A stretch of 64,000 bases of DNA from the human T2T-CHM13v2.0 reference genome, Homo sapiens, in assembly GCF_009914755.1 (NCBI RefSeq), contig NC_060939.1, one strand, 5' to 3'. The position numbers were made by a program, and so were the translations under genes. The notes under the pieces were generated by a model. The model was not told where the DNA came from. It ran no database searches and was given only the letters and a program-made list of their open reading frames with translations. This document shows positions 35,596 through 49,164 of this stretch, one piece after another. How positions within the stretch are numbered: position 1 is the stretch's first letter; every line of letters begins with the position of its first letter.

Positions 35596-35955
35596 CCATT
35601 GTACCCCAGAGGAAATGGAAGTTTAGAGGAGATAGTAGCTCACTCAGGGTCCTTAGCTAAGAAACTGGGGACTGGGATTAGACTCCAAGTCATCTGATCC
35701 CAAGGCCTCTTCTGTGAATCCCTACACGGTGACACCTTCTGTTAGCAGCATCAGCAAGATAGTCCCGGCCTGCTCCTTCCTTTTCCCACCATTTGCAAGT
35801 CTCTGCTTCCCAGAGATGTTTTTCCAGTATGTTCCCAAACCCTTCACCAGTACTGTTGTGGAGTATACAGATGTCTGTCATATTTCCTGCAGCAATCTGA
35901 CTCTGTGATGTCTAGAAATGTGAGTGTTCCTCCCCAACCCCGCTAGACTGAGCTC

Positions 35956-37086
35956 TTTTTTTCAAATTTTATTTTAGGTTCAGGGGTACATGGGCACATT
36001 TGTTATATTGGTAAACTTGTGTCATGGGGGTTTGTTGTAGAGATTATTTCGTCACCCAGGCTCTAAACCTAGTACTCAATATTTATATTTTCTGCTCCTC
36101 TCCCTCCTCCCACCCTCCACACTGTGGCAGGCCCCATTGTCTGTTGTTCCCCTCTTTGTGCCCATGTGTTCTCATCATTTAGCTCCCACTTATAAGTGGG
36201 AACATGCGGTATTCGCTTTTCTGTTCCTGTGTTAGTTTGCTAAGGATAATGGCCTCCAGTTTCACCCATGTTCCTGCAAAGACAAGATCTCATTCTTTTT
36301 TATGGCTGCATAGTATTCCATGGTGTACATGTACCATATTTTCTCTATCCAATCTGCCATTGATGGGCATTTAGATTGATTCTATGTCTTTACTATTGTG
36401 AATTGTGCTGCAATGAACATGCATGTGCATGTGTCTTTATGGTAGAATGATTTATATTCCTTTGGACGTATACTCAATAATGGGATTGCTGGGTTGAATA
36501 ATAGTTCTATTATTAAGCTCTTTAAGGAATCACCATACTTCTTTCCGTAGTGGTTGAACTAATGTACACTCCCATCCTCAGTGTATAAGTGTTCCTTTTT
36601 CTCTGCAATCTCACCAGCATCTATTATTTTTTGACCTTTTTTTTTTTTTTTTTTGAGACGGAGTCTCACTCTGTTGCCAGGCTGGAGTGCAGTGGCGCGA
36701 TCTTGGCTCACTGCAACAACATCCGCCTCCCCAGTTCAAGTGATTCTCCTGTCTCAGTCTCCTGAGTAGCTAGGACTACAGGTGCGTGCCACCATGCCCG
36801 GCTCATTTTTTGTATTTTTAGTAGAGACAGGGTTTCACCATGTTGGCCAGGATGGTCTCGAACTCCAGACCTTGTGATCTGCCCACATCGGCCTCCCAAA
36901 GTGCTGGGATTACAGGCGTGAGACACCGCGCCCAGCTGACTTTTTAATAATAGTCATTCTGATTGGTGTGAGATGGTATCTCATTGTGGTTTTGATTTGC
37001 ATTTCTCTAATGATCAGTGAGGATGAGCTTTTTTCCCATATGCTTGTCAGCCGCATTATGTATTCTTTTGAAAAGTGTCTGTTCAT
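35956..37086 (-). mobile_element. L1PA13-16-type 3' end, 5'-truncated
   Basis: ttttaggttcaggggtaca...catttagctcccacttataagtg...gtgagatggtatctcattgtggttttgatttgcatttctctaatg. Confidence 0.9.
36637..36937 (-). mobile_element. AluSc-like, inserted in L1
   Basis: Full dimer with ctgttgccagg and ggatggtctcg diagnostics; the L1 sequence resumes directly after it. Confidence 0.92.
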
Positions 37087-37459
37087 TACACTGACTTCTT
37101 ACAGGAGAGTGATTCTGAATTGTGCATCTATAAATTCCCACAGTCCAACACAGGGACCAGTGCCCAGTAGGCCCTCGGGAAATACATATGAAATAAATAC
37201 ATTCATGTGTTAGTGGTAGAGTCATTTGGCCTTCACCTGTGAATGTAGCACCCAGCCCCATGCCCTTCCTAGGCTCTGGGATCTATATGAAACCAGGGTA
37301 GGTTGGAGTTCAGCAGCCACCACCCTACCCTCTGGAATGTGGCCTTGTCTGGGCAATTTTAATATTTAGATCCATATATGTTTTTCCTGGGCCTCTCTAG
37401 TTACCTGTCTTTTACTTGCGGCTCACCAAGCTCTGCAGGAGTCTGACCAGTTCCTGTGT

Positions 37460-37580
37460 ATACATTCATTCATTAAGTCATTCATTCACTCTGTAGTCAT
37501 CTACCCATCTAATCCCATCCATTCATCTAAACTCATCCATCCATCCATCCAACCGTCCATCCATCCATCCATTCATCCAA
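37460..37580. repeat. (CATT)/(CATC)n tract, L2 tail-derived
   Basis: cattcattcatt...catccatccatccatcc. Confidence 0.8.
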
Positions 37581-38560
37581 GCTCTCCTGAAGCTGGCTGT
37601 GCACCAGGCCCTGCCCTCAGTAACAGTCTAGTGGGGAATATGGATATAATAAGGAGTCAATCATCAAACAGTGTGACCTGTGCCTAGAGGGGGAAATGTA
37701 TAGGGTACTATGGAAACATAGGAGGGACACCTTCCTTAACCTCAGTGATCACAAGGCCCCTGAGCTATGATCTGCCAGGTGAGTGATGAAGACAGTTCAG
37801 GAATGGGGTAGATTGTTCCTGGCAGAGAGAGCAGCAGATACGATGCCAGAGAAGAATGAGTGCATGGAAAGTTCAAAGGAAGAAAGAAAACTCAACCTGA
37901 TAGGATCTCTTGTTGTCAGGGGAGTGAGAGTTGAGGCTGGAAGGGCTGGCCGGAGCCAGATCATAGAGCGCTTTGTCCCTCAATACATGTAAAGGAGAAG
38001 AATCAGGATCTGAGAGCAGTGGGGGACCCTATAAGGAGAATGTCATGATCAGATTTGCATCTTTCAGAGGGTCACTCTGGGAAGAAGAGATTAAAAGAAA
38101 GGAGACCAACAGTAGGACTGGGATTGGGAAGGTGGAGGAACCATTTGAGGGAATTTCAGTTGCCCAAGTGACACTGATGGAGACAAGGGTTGCTGTGGTT
38201 GCCAGGAGAAAGAGAAAGTGGGTTCCTGCTAGAGGAAAGAAATATTTATAAATGAATGGGATTTTGTGATTGATTGTTGGAGGCAGGTAGAAGGAGAAGT
38301 CAAGGATGAGTGCCTGTTTCTGGCCTGTGCAATGGGGCAGATGGAGGTGGCACTGACCGAGACAATGAGAGAGAGCAGGTGGGCAGGGGGGATAGAGCCT
38401 GGAGTGGAGAGAGACACTGTGCTCAGTTTTTGATAGGGTGAGGTGGAGATGCCTGTGGAGCTTTCCAATGGGGTTTTTCAGAAGATAATTGAATATCTGG
38501 ATCTGAAGCCCCAGAAAGAGACAAAGACTGGGAACAAAGGTGTAATGCTCACTGGACCAG
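37580..38560 (-). mobile_element. L2 LINE, ~1 kb
   Basis: catgatcagatttgcatctttcagagggtcactctgg...gagaagtcaaggatga...gagatgcctgtggag...tgaatatctggatctgaag. Confidence 0.8.
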
Positions 38561-38989
38561 GAATGGCCACTGACTTTTTGGGGTAGGTGGGAAGGCCTAG
38601 GAAGTCTGAGTCTTCCTCCCACAGCTTCCTCCTTCTCTCCAGAACCCACTGGGCCTCGGTTACATGGATCAAGCCTGGATGTGTTTCTCTATGCAGCTAC
38701 CATGGGATAGACTCTCCTTCTAGAGGGTTCTTTCCCTTGGAGGAAGGAAAATTGTCCTTCCGAGCATGGCTGCTCACCAGAGAAAGGAGAGAATGAACAC
38801 ACATCTGAAATCAGAACCTCAGGGGTCGAGTCTCCTGCCACTGCTTTTAATTACTACGTGTGCATTGTAAAAGAGATATGCAACCCAGAACAAACACAAG
38901 ATAAATATGATAGACTGTTCACCCACATCCTGCCAATATTAGCCCCTCTCTACCCTATTCCCTAGTGACAATAATTATTGTAATTCCAG

Positions 38990-38992
<3 letters not shown>

Positions 38993-39032
<40 letters not shown>
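38993..39032. repeat. (AC)20 perfect microsatellite
   Basis: Direct count. Confidence 0.97.
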
Positions 39033-39034
<2 letters not shown>

Positions 39035-39124
39035 CGTACTACTCAACAATGGACTTTTTTGTTTTAAAAATATTCTAGACATATTTCAACATCAAAATAT
39101 GTATAGTTATATTACCATTTCTCT

Positions 39125-39260
39125 CTCATTTTTATTATAAGAATCATACAAGTTTATGACAGAAAATGTGAAAATTAAGAAAAATACAAAAAAAGATCAT
39201 AATCTGCCAGTAGCCTGAAATCTCATTATCCAGAGGTGATGACTAATATTCAGAAAAAAT
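39125..39260 (-). mobile_element. Old L1ME/HAL1 3' end fragment
   Basis: tttttattataagaatcatacaag...aaatctcattatccagagg. Confidence 0.45.
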
Positions 39261-39897
39261 ATATAAAATTTACTTTTACTGGGTAATAATAGAAGAAAAA
39301 CTCTAAAGTTAGAGACAAAGAATTAGAGAACTTCAAGCAAATTTTTCTTCAACATAGGAGATATTGGTCTTTACATAATTTTTCTTTCCTTAATTTGAAA
39401 AGAATTGAAAGTTGAAGTTGTGGTGTTTTATTTTAACTATATACTTCTAAGAGGTTTTTAGTTTAGGTAGAACTTAGTCATTTCTCTTTCAAAAATCAAA
39501 AGATGCAACTTACCCCTAAACAAATAGATGAATTTATCTACATATACATTTTAATTAAAAATAATATAAAGAGGTAAGCCCATTGTTAGGATAATTTGTC
39601 AAGAGAAATTACTGAAGTACTCAATCACTTTCAAAAAGAACAAACATATCATGGGGAAATAATTATCACTTTTTCCTGATACAGATCCAAACAGATGATG
39701 TGTGAATTTAAAGCATTCATGGATTATCTTCTTCTTACATTACCTGACCAATGGCAGGTTGCTTCTGTGAGTTCAGAAAGCATGACTTCCTACACTTCAT
39801 TGGTGGCTCAGACTCTTGCCACAAGTTAGTCCTCATTATATCTGTACCATGAGTTTCACATACAGTTCTTTGTTTTTCCCAGAGTTCGCAATTGCCT

Positions 39898-39965
39898 TTG
39901 TTTTTCTTGTTTCTGAGAAGTGTCTCATACCTTGCTTTTCTTGTTTCTTAGAAGTGTCTTATACC
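39898..39965. repeat. 34-bp tandem duplication
   Basis: 39898-39931 vs 39932-39965, 3 mismatches. Confidence 0.85.
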
Positions 39966-40524
39966 AGCATGTCAGCTTCTTACTCATAGGATATGGTTAA
40001 TGCTTTTTTCTTCTTTAGGTTATTTTTTATGAGCCCTCTGATTTCTTGTTCTAATTGCTTATTAGGTCAGCTGCACAACTGTCCTACTAGTATTCCTTTC
40101 CATTGTTCTTCTGGGTTAATTCTATAATTTTTGAATCTATTGTCTCCCTCTTTCTTGAATTCAGTTTTCATTTTGCCAGAGTATATCTTCAAGGAATTTT
40201 TCAGAAAATGTGCATAACAGGGGTGGTGGTGCACCAAATAAATCCAAATCCTTGAACCTCTAAATGTGTCTTTACTATGCCTTCACACTTGTATAAGAGA
40301 TTCCAAATGATTTCCCTTCAGAATTTGTAGACATTGCTCTGTTACCTTCTAGCAAGCCCATTGCATATGAAAAATCAAATGCTACTTTGATTGTTGTTTC
40401 TTTTTAGGTATCCTAAATATTTTCCTTAAGAAGTTTTAAGACTTCCATCTGATTGTTAGAGTTCTGAAACTTTCCCAATTTTTTGAGAAGTGTGTGTCTT
40501 TTTCATTACATCTGCTCTATACTT

Positions 40525-41085
40525 GGTGAAAATAGCAGATGGCTACGGCTTTGTTTTTTTGGTCCGGCCTGCTTCCCTTTTCCTTGAAAACTGCCAATAA
40601 CTCACCCACTTCACATGATTTTGGAGGTGCTGTTAATGAAGGGTCCCTCTTTCCCTGCCCCAGAGTGGCCATCAGAACATTCCGTCTTTCCAGCCAAGAG
40701 ATCAATTCAGGGCTGGACATGCAACCAAGCCAGGCCAATCAGTGTATGTTTTACAGACTGATCTGGATGCTGGAAGAGAGGGGATTTTGCTCTTTTCTCT
40801 GGGTTTGGTACAAGGATAAAATAAGACTGGAATTTATAGAGGCCTTCTTGGTCACTATACATAGAGAACTTGCCTGGGAATGAACCCAACACATAGGAAA
40901 GCAGAGGGGAGGGGTGGAGAGTGAGACAGAAAGGGAGAGAGAGAATGAATAAATAATTTTCAACATTCAAACTTCTAGATGCAGGCAAGACTAAAGCCAG
41001 ATTAGCTAATGTATTCACTTTTTTTCTTTCAGCTCTTTGAATTGGGTTTCCTTCAAATGTAACCCAAAAAATCTTGATAATATAG
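40525..41085 (+). mobile_element. MLT1K/L-like MaLR LTR
   Basis: ttcagggctggacatgcaaccaagccaggccaatcag...tttgaattgggtttc...gtaacccaaaa. Confidence 0.6.
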
Positions 41086-41849
41086 TGATCCCTTTTAACC
41101 TCCAAATTCATATCTTTTATCAGCTTAAGAAAATTTTCTTTTGTTATTTGACAATTCCTTCTTTTCTATTACTTCAGTTCTCTCTTTCTAAAATTCCTAT
41201 TAGTTGAGTATTGGCCTTCTCGTTGTAGCCTCCATGTTTTTTTTTTTTAATCTTTCCTCATTTAAAAAGTCATATTGACATTTTAGTCTATATTCTGAGA
41301 TACTTCCTAAACTTTATTGTCTTTATATAATTTCTCTGATTTGGTTTCTTATTCTTCCCTTCCATTCCAGCCCTTTTTTTTTTTAATTTCAGCCAATATA
41401 CTTTTAATTTCTAAGAACTTTTACATGCTCTGCTTGTTTTCTTTTTTCCATAGTGTGCTGCTTTTGTTTTATGGATGCAATATCCTCCCAATAAATTAAC
41501 ATCCATTTTCTTCTGTTTGCTGCATCATCTCTGTTTTTCCTCTGGGTTCCTTTGTTCACATTAGTCCTTCTCTTTTATGTGGTTTGTTTTCCTAACAACT
41601 TGGAAATCCTCAGAAAGCCATTAGAATGTTTGAATAAATAGTGAGGTTGTTAACTAACCCGGCTGGGGTAAATTGTTCCCTCTGCCGCTTGCACAGGTCT
41701 GCTTGGAAAATAGGCCTCTCTCCTGAACAGGACAGGGGCCCTGGAGGTGTCTGAGTGAGGATTGCTAATAGGGAACAGAAATGCAAGCTCATGAGCCACA
41801 ACCATTGCTGAAGTAAGGAAGGCATTCCTTTCTAAGTGTGGAGAGCATT

Positions 41850-42690
<841 letters not shown>

Positions 42691-43269
42691 GTCAAACAGA
42701 CCAAGTTTATTCCTCTGTGGAGTTCCTTTCCTTTATCTTTTTTCTCTGAGTCTGCTAAGGAGGTCAGGAAGGGTTAGTCGACAGAAATGCCTGCAGAACC
42801 CTCATTTGATTTTGAGAGTTGTTCTCGTGACTCTTCCCTGAGGGTGAATGCCAAAGCCAGCTGTTCCGTCTATTCAAGAAAGCTCTGGGACAACCAGGAA
42901 AGCTCTTCTTCAAGTAGTTTGGGGTTGCCCCATAGCCTGCCTGCTTTTACTGGAGTTTCCCGGAGTCTGCTGAGATAAAGGGCTGTGGCTTCAGCCACAT
43001 GCCTCGTGCGGTTCTACGCTGACTTGTCACTTCCTTGCTCTGGCTTCTCAGTCAGCTGGATTTCATTGGCCTACCACCTTTCAGAAATTCCTCAACGTTT
43101 CTGGTGCACGGATAACATCCTTTTTTAATTTCCTAATAGGGATTTATTCATTCTCTTATGTCTTTCCTGACACTTTTTCAAATACGATTTTGGCATAGAG
43201 AGAAGCTAAATTTCGTGTACTCAATCTGCATCTCTAATTGGAAATTCTCTGCACTGCTTTTTTTCCCTT

Positions 43270-43400
43270 TGAATCTGGATAAGTCTTTTCATCATCTTGA
43301 TCCTTGGCTTATCATCTGGAAAATGGGAAGATAGTAAGACCACTTCTGCCTACCTCATAGTGTTTGGGGAAGGATGGAAGAATTTGGGAATCATCTGTGA
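43270..43400 (+). mobile_element. MIR
   Basis: atcatctggaaaatgggaagata...ctacctcatag. Confidence 0.6.
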
Positions 43401-44214
43401 ATGTAAAGAGTGGCATAAATTTAAGTTGCTATTAGATTGTGGAGGAGAACCCCCTAACTGACAGATGAGAAAATGAAGCCAAAAGATTGGAAGCAATTTT
43501 TGCCCAAAGTTACTCAGAAACCTCCAGCCTCTTGGTGCCCACGTCTTGATCTCCCCAGGCCCTGTTACTCCTCAGCCTGCAGACAGCCAGGGCTGCAGTG
43601 CTGGAGGAAGAGCAACTGAGAATTCGGAAGAGGCAAAGATGGCATAAATAATTCAGTGATTGCCAACCACGGGCCATTAAATTTTCCATGATCTGTTTTA
43701 TTGTATCCTCTATGCAGCGTTAGTCACTCCAGTTCAGATGCAAACCAGGCAGTTTACTCTGGCTACAGGAGCTGGCCACTGCTCCATCTCGGGACCCATG
43801 ACCATAAAAGCACTGGCTTTGGGCCTGGCTGGGCCTCCTTCCTAAAAGGTGGCCAAATAGAGGTTCACATCACAGCAGGTGTGAGTGTCAAGCCTCCCTG
43901 TTTCTGTTCCTATTCATCACTAAGCCACTGATAGAATGGTGATGATCACCACTCAAGCACAGGATATAGATGCAAACACATCAACTTTAAACTTTGCTGC
44001 TGTCTCTACAATCAGCAAAAATATAGTGTGTTGGGCAGGGATGAGGGGTTTCAGGGATTATGTTCCACATAAACATTAACAGTTACCATCATTTTGACAC
44101 CCTATTTTGCCTTTTTAAAAAAATATTTCATCATATACTGGGAGCCTCAAAATCTGACAATGGCCCAGATCTCACATAACTCCTGGGAAACTAAGGATCT
44201 TGAGCTCCAGGGTC

Positions 44215-44365
44215 AGGCTATTTAGAATCCTAAAGGTGATGAGGGCATCTTTGCAGATAAAGAAATGGAGGCTTGGAGAAGGAGCTGGCCATGCTCAAAG
44301 ACACAGCCAGCTAGTGGCAGGGAGGCCCCAGGACCAGGTCTCAGGAATCCCAGTCCAGAGGCCTC
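44215..44365 (-). mobile_element. MIR
   Basis: ttgcagataaagaaatggaggcttggagaagg...cacagccagctagtggcag. Confidence 0.65.
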
Positions 44366-44934
44366 CCCAGGGCCCCGGTCTTGGGAGGGAGAATTTCCCC
44401 CAGCTCTGGGCCATCATCTGAGCTACTCAGGGTCACTGTGGTTTGTCAGGTTTGCAATTAGAATTGGACACTTTCTTCACTGCTCTGAGGGCCACATAGC
44501 TTCCTGAAATCACACTTCCCCAAGTGTGCCCCCCAACACCCCGGCATCACATCAGAGTGCAAAAGGGAAGAACTGGGTGCTGCAGGCCAGGTTCACCCCA
44601 ACGTCTGTGGCTCAGGAGGCTTGGCCACTGAGCGTGACCACATCTCCCCCATTCTACATGCTGACTTGATACCTGGGTTAGGAGAGTGTCTGAGGCCAGA
44701 CAAAGGCAAGAAGAGTCGTTGAATCACTTAAGAATACAGGATGTGTAGTCAGATGGCCTGGCTCCAAATTCCAGACTTATTGCCTATCAGTCATGTGCAT
44801 AAAAGAAATCTCATCCCCTCCTCAATCCTCAATTTTCTCACACATGAAGTGGGGAGGCCAAATCTGCATCCAAGGGGTTTTTATGAAGTTCTGAGGTAAT
44901 GATAGTTGTGACTTGCCAAAGTCCTTTTGACACC

Positions 44935-45370
44935 TCTAGCAGTTAACCATTGCTACATAACAAAACACCTTAAAACTTGGCAGCTTAAAATGACAACTAT
45001 TACTGCTCAAGACTCCATTGTGGTTCCTGAGGACTCATCTCATCCTGTGATTCATTGATCTAGGATGAGCCTCCTCACATGTGTGAGGCCTGCTGATTAT
45101 AAACTGGCTTGGGATGTGAAGCCTCAGCTCTCTCACCCTCCAGCAGGCTAACTCAGACTTGTTCACTCAGCAGCTGCAGGGTTCTGCAAGAGAACATGAA
45201 TGTACACAGGCTTTTTAAGGGTTGAACTTGGAAGCGGCACACTGCCACTTCTGCCACATCCTGTTGGCCAAAGCGACTCTACTTTCTTGATGGAAGGAGA
45301 TGCAATGTCTCATTGCAAAGGACATGTTTACAGGGAGGACTGAAGGATTGTGGTCATTTTTGCAAAGACA
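44935..45370 (-). mobile_element. MLT1 (F-J class) MaLR LTR
   Basis: ttgctacataacaaa...aaaacttggcagcttaaaa...cacttctgccacatcctgttggccaaagc. Confidence 0.7.
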
Positions 45371-45949
45371 GTGCTGAGTATGCCTTTCAAGATAGGAAAA
45401 ATAGCTTGTCCAAAGCCACACAGTTGGTGGATGGTAGAGTTGCCATGAGAAAGCAGGACTTTTAATGTCAAGTACCATATGTTAAAACCAGCCTCAACGC
45501 CATTTCTACTATTGAATTTACTCTGGGGAAAATCTAGTAGATAGTGATTTGGGGTGTTCACATTTGTGTTCCTCTTTATTCATTTTATAATCTCAGAAGG
45601 TAAAGGAGAGCCAAGGATTTGATTTCCTGGCTCTCCCTTCTGGAAGGAACCCCTGAGGAAGAAGGAACAGGTCTTGGGGTGAGACTGAGATTCAGATTCC
45701 ATAGCTTGAAGAACTTCACTTATGCAACTTTATCTTTTCCTTTTAGGGTGGTGGCACTGGTGGCAGTGGTTGGGGATGGGTTATACCTTATGCATCATAA
45801 TCAAAGAAGAGGTTAGTGTGTGTATGTGATTGTGTGTGTGCATGCATACATGTGCTGAGTAGAGGAGAAAAGGATGAACACAGGATCCCCAGTCCTGCTG
45901 CTTCAGGTTGGAAATCCATCATCTGTTGTGATAGTTTCCTACTTGAGTT

Positions 45950-46492
45950 GCTTGTTATGAGTCTGCATTCCAAGTATGCTCCTGCCCACATGGCCAAAGT
46001 GCAAAACCAATCATATCACTCTCTGTTTAAAACCTCTTATTGTTCCTCAGTACCCTGGGGCTAAATCTACTGTTTTAACTCAGCAATCAAGGCCTATACT
46101 CTGAGTTCTAGTTCCTCATGGAGCCTATATCCCGGCTTCAGGATCCACCACTGTGTCCCCAGAATCTTTACACCCCTTTCTCATCTCCATTTCTTTACAT
46201 AGCGTGTTCCCTCCTTCTCTACCTGGGGCCTCTCCCTCATCCTTCAGAGTTCAGCTTCAATGTCTTCACCTCATGAGGTTTCTCTCACCACCCTCAATGA
46301 GCTGGCTAAGTGAGGGTCTCTTCTCCCTCTCTCAAAGTGTCCCATGTCCTGCACATACCTTTAGTAAAGCTCCTGGCATGGTGTCTTGTGATTGTAGATT
46401 TACCTGTATGTCTCCCATGTAGACTGTGAGATCCTTGAGGTCTTGCACATAACAGACTGAGGATACATGTATGAGTGAATAAATGAATGTAT
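45950..46492 (+). mobile_element. L2 3' region
   Basis: atcactctctgtttaaaacc...tagactgtgagatccttgagg...gaataaatgaatg. Confidence 0.65.
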
Positions 46493-46499
46493 GATAATC

Positions 46500-46930
46500 T
46501 TTCTGATACCTTCCTCCCTGGGTAAGTCCTGTTTCCAGAGCCAGAGAACTCACATCCCTTCAGGTGTAGGCATGAAACCCCAATATCACTCATCTTACTC
46601 CCCTGTCCCTGGAAGACTTGGGTTAGGAAGTGTGAGCCACGGAGAGGTGTCAGAGAGCAGGGGAATTGATATTCTGGCACCACATGGCAGAGGGGCCCAG
46701 TTCTTCAGCTGGCAGGGATGGGGGTGCCAGTGGCAGAGCCCCAGGCATTCATCCCAAGTGTTCTGGAGCTTTGTGGAGGCATATTCTTATGTGGAGGCTC
46801 CAAAATTGTAGCTGGAAATTTCTGACTTCCTGGCCCTTCCAGAAATTCTGTGAGCCAACCTCTGTTCATTTCTACTTAAACCAGCCAGTGTGGATTTTAT
46901 TATTTGCAACCAAGAGCTCAACCAATTCAA
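46500..46930 (+). mobile_element. Old MLT1-type LTR
   Basis: 3' end cttaaaccagccagtgtggatttt...ttgcaaccaagagc. Confidence 0.45.
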
Positions 46931-46949
46931 TGAAAGGGAGCAGGAAAGA

Positions 46950-47625
46950 GTTTAGTGGATTAGCCAAATCCTAGATCTGCCATTTACCTAGCTGTGTGAC
47001 CTTGAGCAATTTACTTAACTTCTTTTTATCTAAATTTCCTCATGTAAAGTGGAAATTGACAATAATAACCATCTCTAGGGATTACTGAGAGGATGGAATG
47101 AGTACAGAAGTTATCTATTGCTGTGTAACAAAGCACTACAACACTTAGTGGCTTCAAACAAAAATGTATTATTATCTTTCATGGTTCTATAGACTGACCG
47201 AGCTTAGACCGGCAGTTCTTGCTTGTATGTCTCCCATGTGATTGTAGTCAGATAGCAGTGCAGGCTGCTGGGGCTGATGACCTGAGTGGCTACACATGGC
47301 CTCCCCATGAGGCTGGAGCTCTTCCCAGCCTGAAATCCTAGAGGGAGCACACTGAGACCAAGTGTTCCAAGAACCCCAAGCAGAAGCTGCAAGGCTTCTT
47401 GTGACTTAGCCTCAGAAATCCCAGAATGTCGCTTCCACTGCATTCTAGTGGTCCACTATCTGGTTAAGCAAGTCATTCAGGCCAGCCCTGATTTAAGAAT
47501 GACACCTCACCTTTTGATGGAAGGTGTGTCAAACATTGCAGCCATCTTTAAACTACCAAAAGGAGATGCTGCATAGAAAGCACAGTATCTGACACGTGAT
47601 ACATATTCAATAACTGCTAGTTTTG
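46950..47625 (+). mobile_element. MIR split by an MLT1 LTR
   Basis: ctagctgtgtgaccttgagcaatttacttaac; tail resumes at ~47562 (gcacagtatctgacac...attcaataa). Confidence 0.7.
47103..47560 (-). mobile_element. MLT1F/G/H MaLR LTR
   Basis: agttatctattgctgtgtaacaaa...cttagtggctt...gacttagcctcagaa...gcagccatcttt. Confidence 0.8.
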
Positions 47626-47809
47626 GGGTTGTCTCCTGCCTGCATTTATTTGACCAGTTTCCAGCTCAGCGAGGCCGGTCCCATCTATCCACCAGATACC
47701 CCTCAGCCTTCCTAAGAGAATGTGTAGCCTTACTAGTCAATGTACAGAGAGGACAGGCAGGCAGGGTGATGGGTTCCACAAGCAATCCACACTGGCAGCA
47801 GAAAGATCC

Positions 47810-48281
<472 letters not shown>

Positions 48282-49164
48282 TGATATGTGTTCCTCAGCA
48301 CCATCTCAGGGACTCTGGGGGCTCATAAACTGATGGCTAGGATGTGTGACTTGATATTGTTTCTGTCCTCATCGCAGGGACTGTCCCAACTCATCTTTGG
48401 TGTCACACCTGGGCCCAAGCTTTCAGAGGCCTCAGAGGTGTCTGAATTGTAAGCCAGTCCCAGCCTGACTTCCCCTTATGAACTCAGTCCCCCGAAAGTC
48501 CCTTTTGTAAATGAAGCATGGTAATATTTAGGTGATGGGACGTCCCCACTTCTCCCTGTTCTTCCTGGAGAAACTAAAGGCTTTGCTTAGGTCAGATCAC
48601 ACTGTAGCTACCCCCGCCTTTGGTGGGGACTAACCCCACTGTTCATTTGATGGGCTTTCCTCTTGATTTCTTGGGAGTGTTTTGCTGAAGTGAGATGTGG
48701 TTCTCAGCAGGGCTGACACCACCTGGAGATTCTCCGGACCTTACCCGCACTGTGAGCAGGGAAGTTTCTGTCTCTGGAAATACAATCAAAACATGTGCTT
48801 TTATTGCTCAGGTGCTGTCTACCAGGGACCACCCGGCCATGGGGAATTGAGAATATTTTCAATATGGGGTAGAAAAAAGCTTCAACACATAGTGTCTTCT
48901 TCCAGCCATCCTGCTGGTGACTGTTTGATGGTTGTTTCTTAGACTCTAACATGAGCTGAACCTTGGAAGGAATGAAATTTAGCCAGATGCAGGAAAGAGG
49001 GGAGTGATGTATAGGATGGAGGTGAGGCAGGAGTGGGCACAGGCCGGGAGATGGGACGGAGGAAGCTGTCTTGGGAGTAGTAAGGAGGCCTGCCTGGCTG
49101 CAGTACAGCCCTCAACTGGTGGAGCAGGGATGAAAGTGTTCAGACTTAGGCCCTCTTTTCTTGC

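Noticed and set aside
38029-38649. 206-aa ORF (-)
   Set aside because: Lies in the sense strand of a decayed L2; not a host gene
48378-48448. Possible + strand exon (ttgtttctgtcctcatcgcag|...|gtaagc)
   Set aside because: Good acceptor but weak donor, with no partner exons; expected by chance in 64 kb
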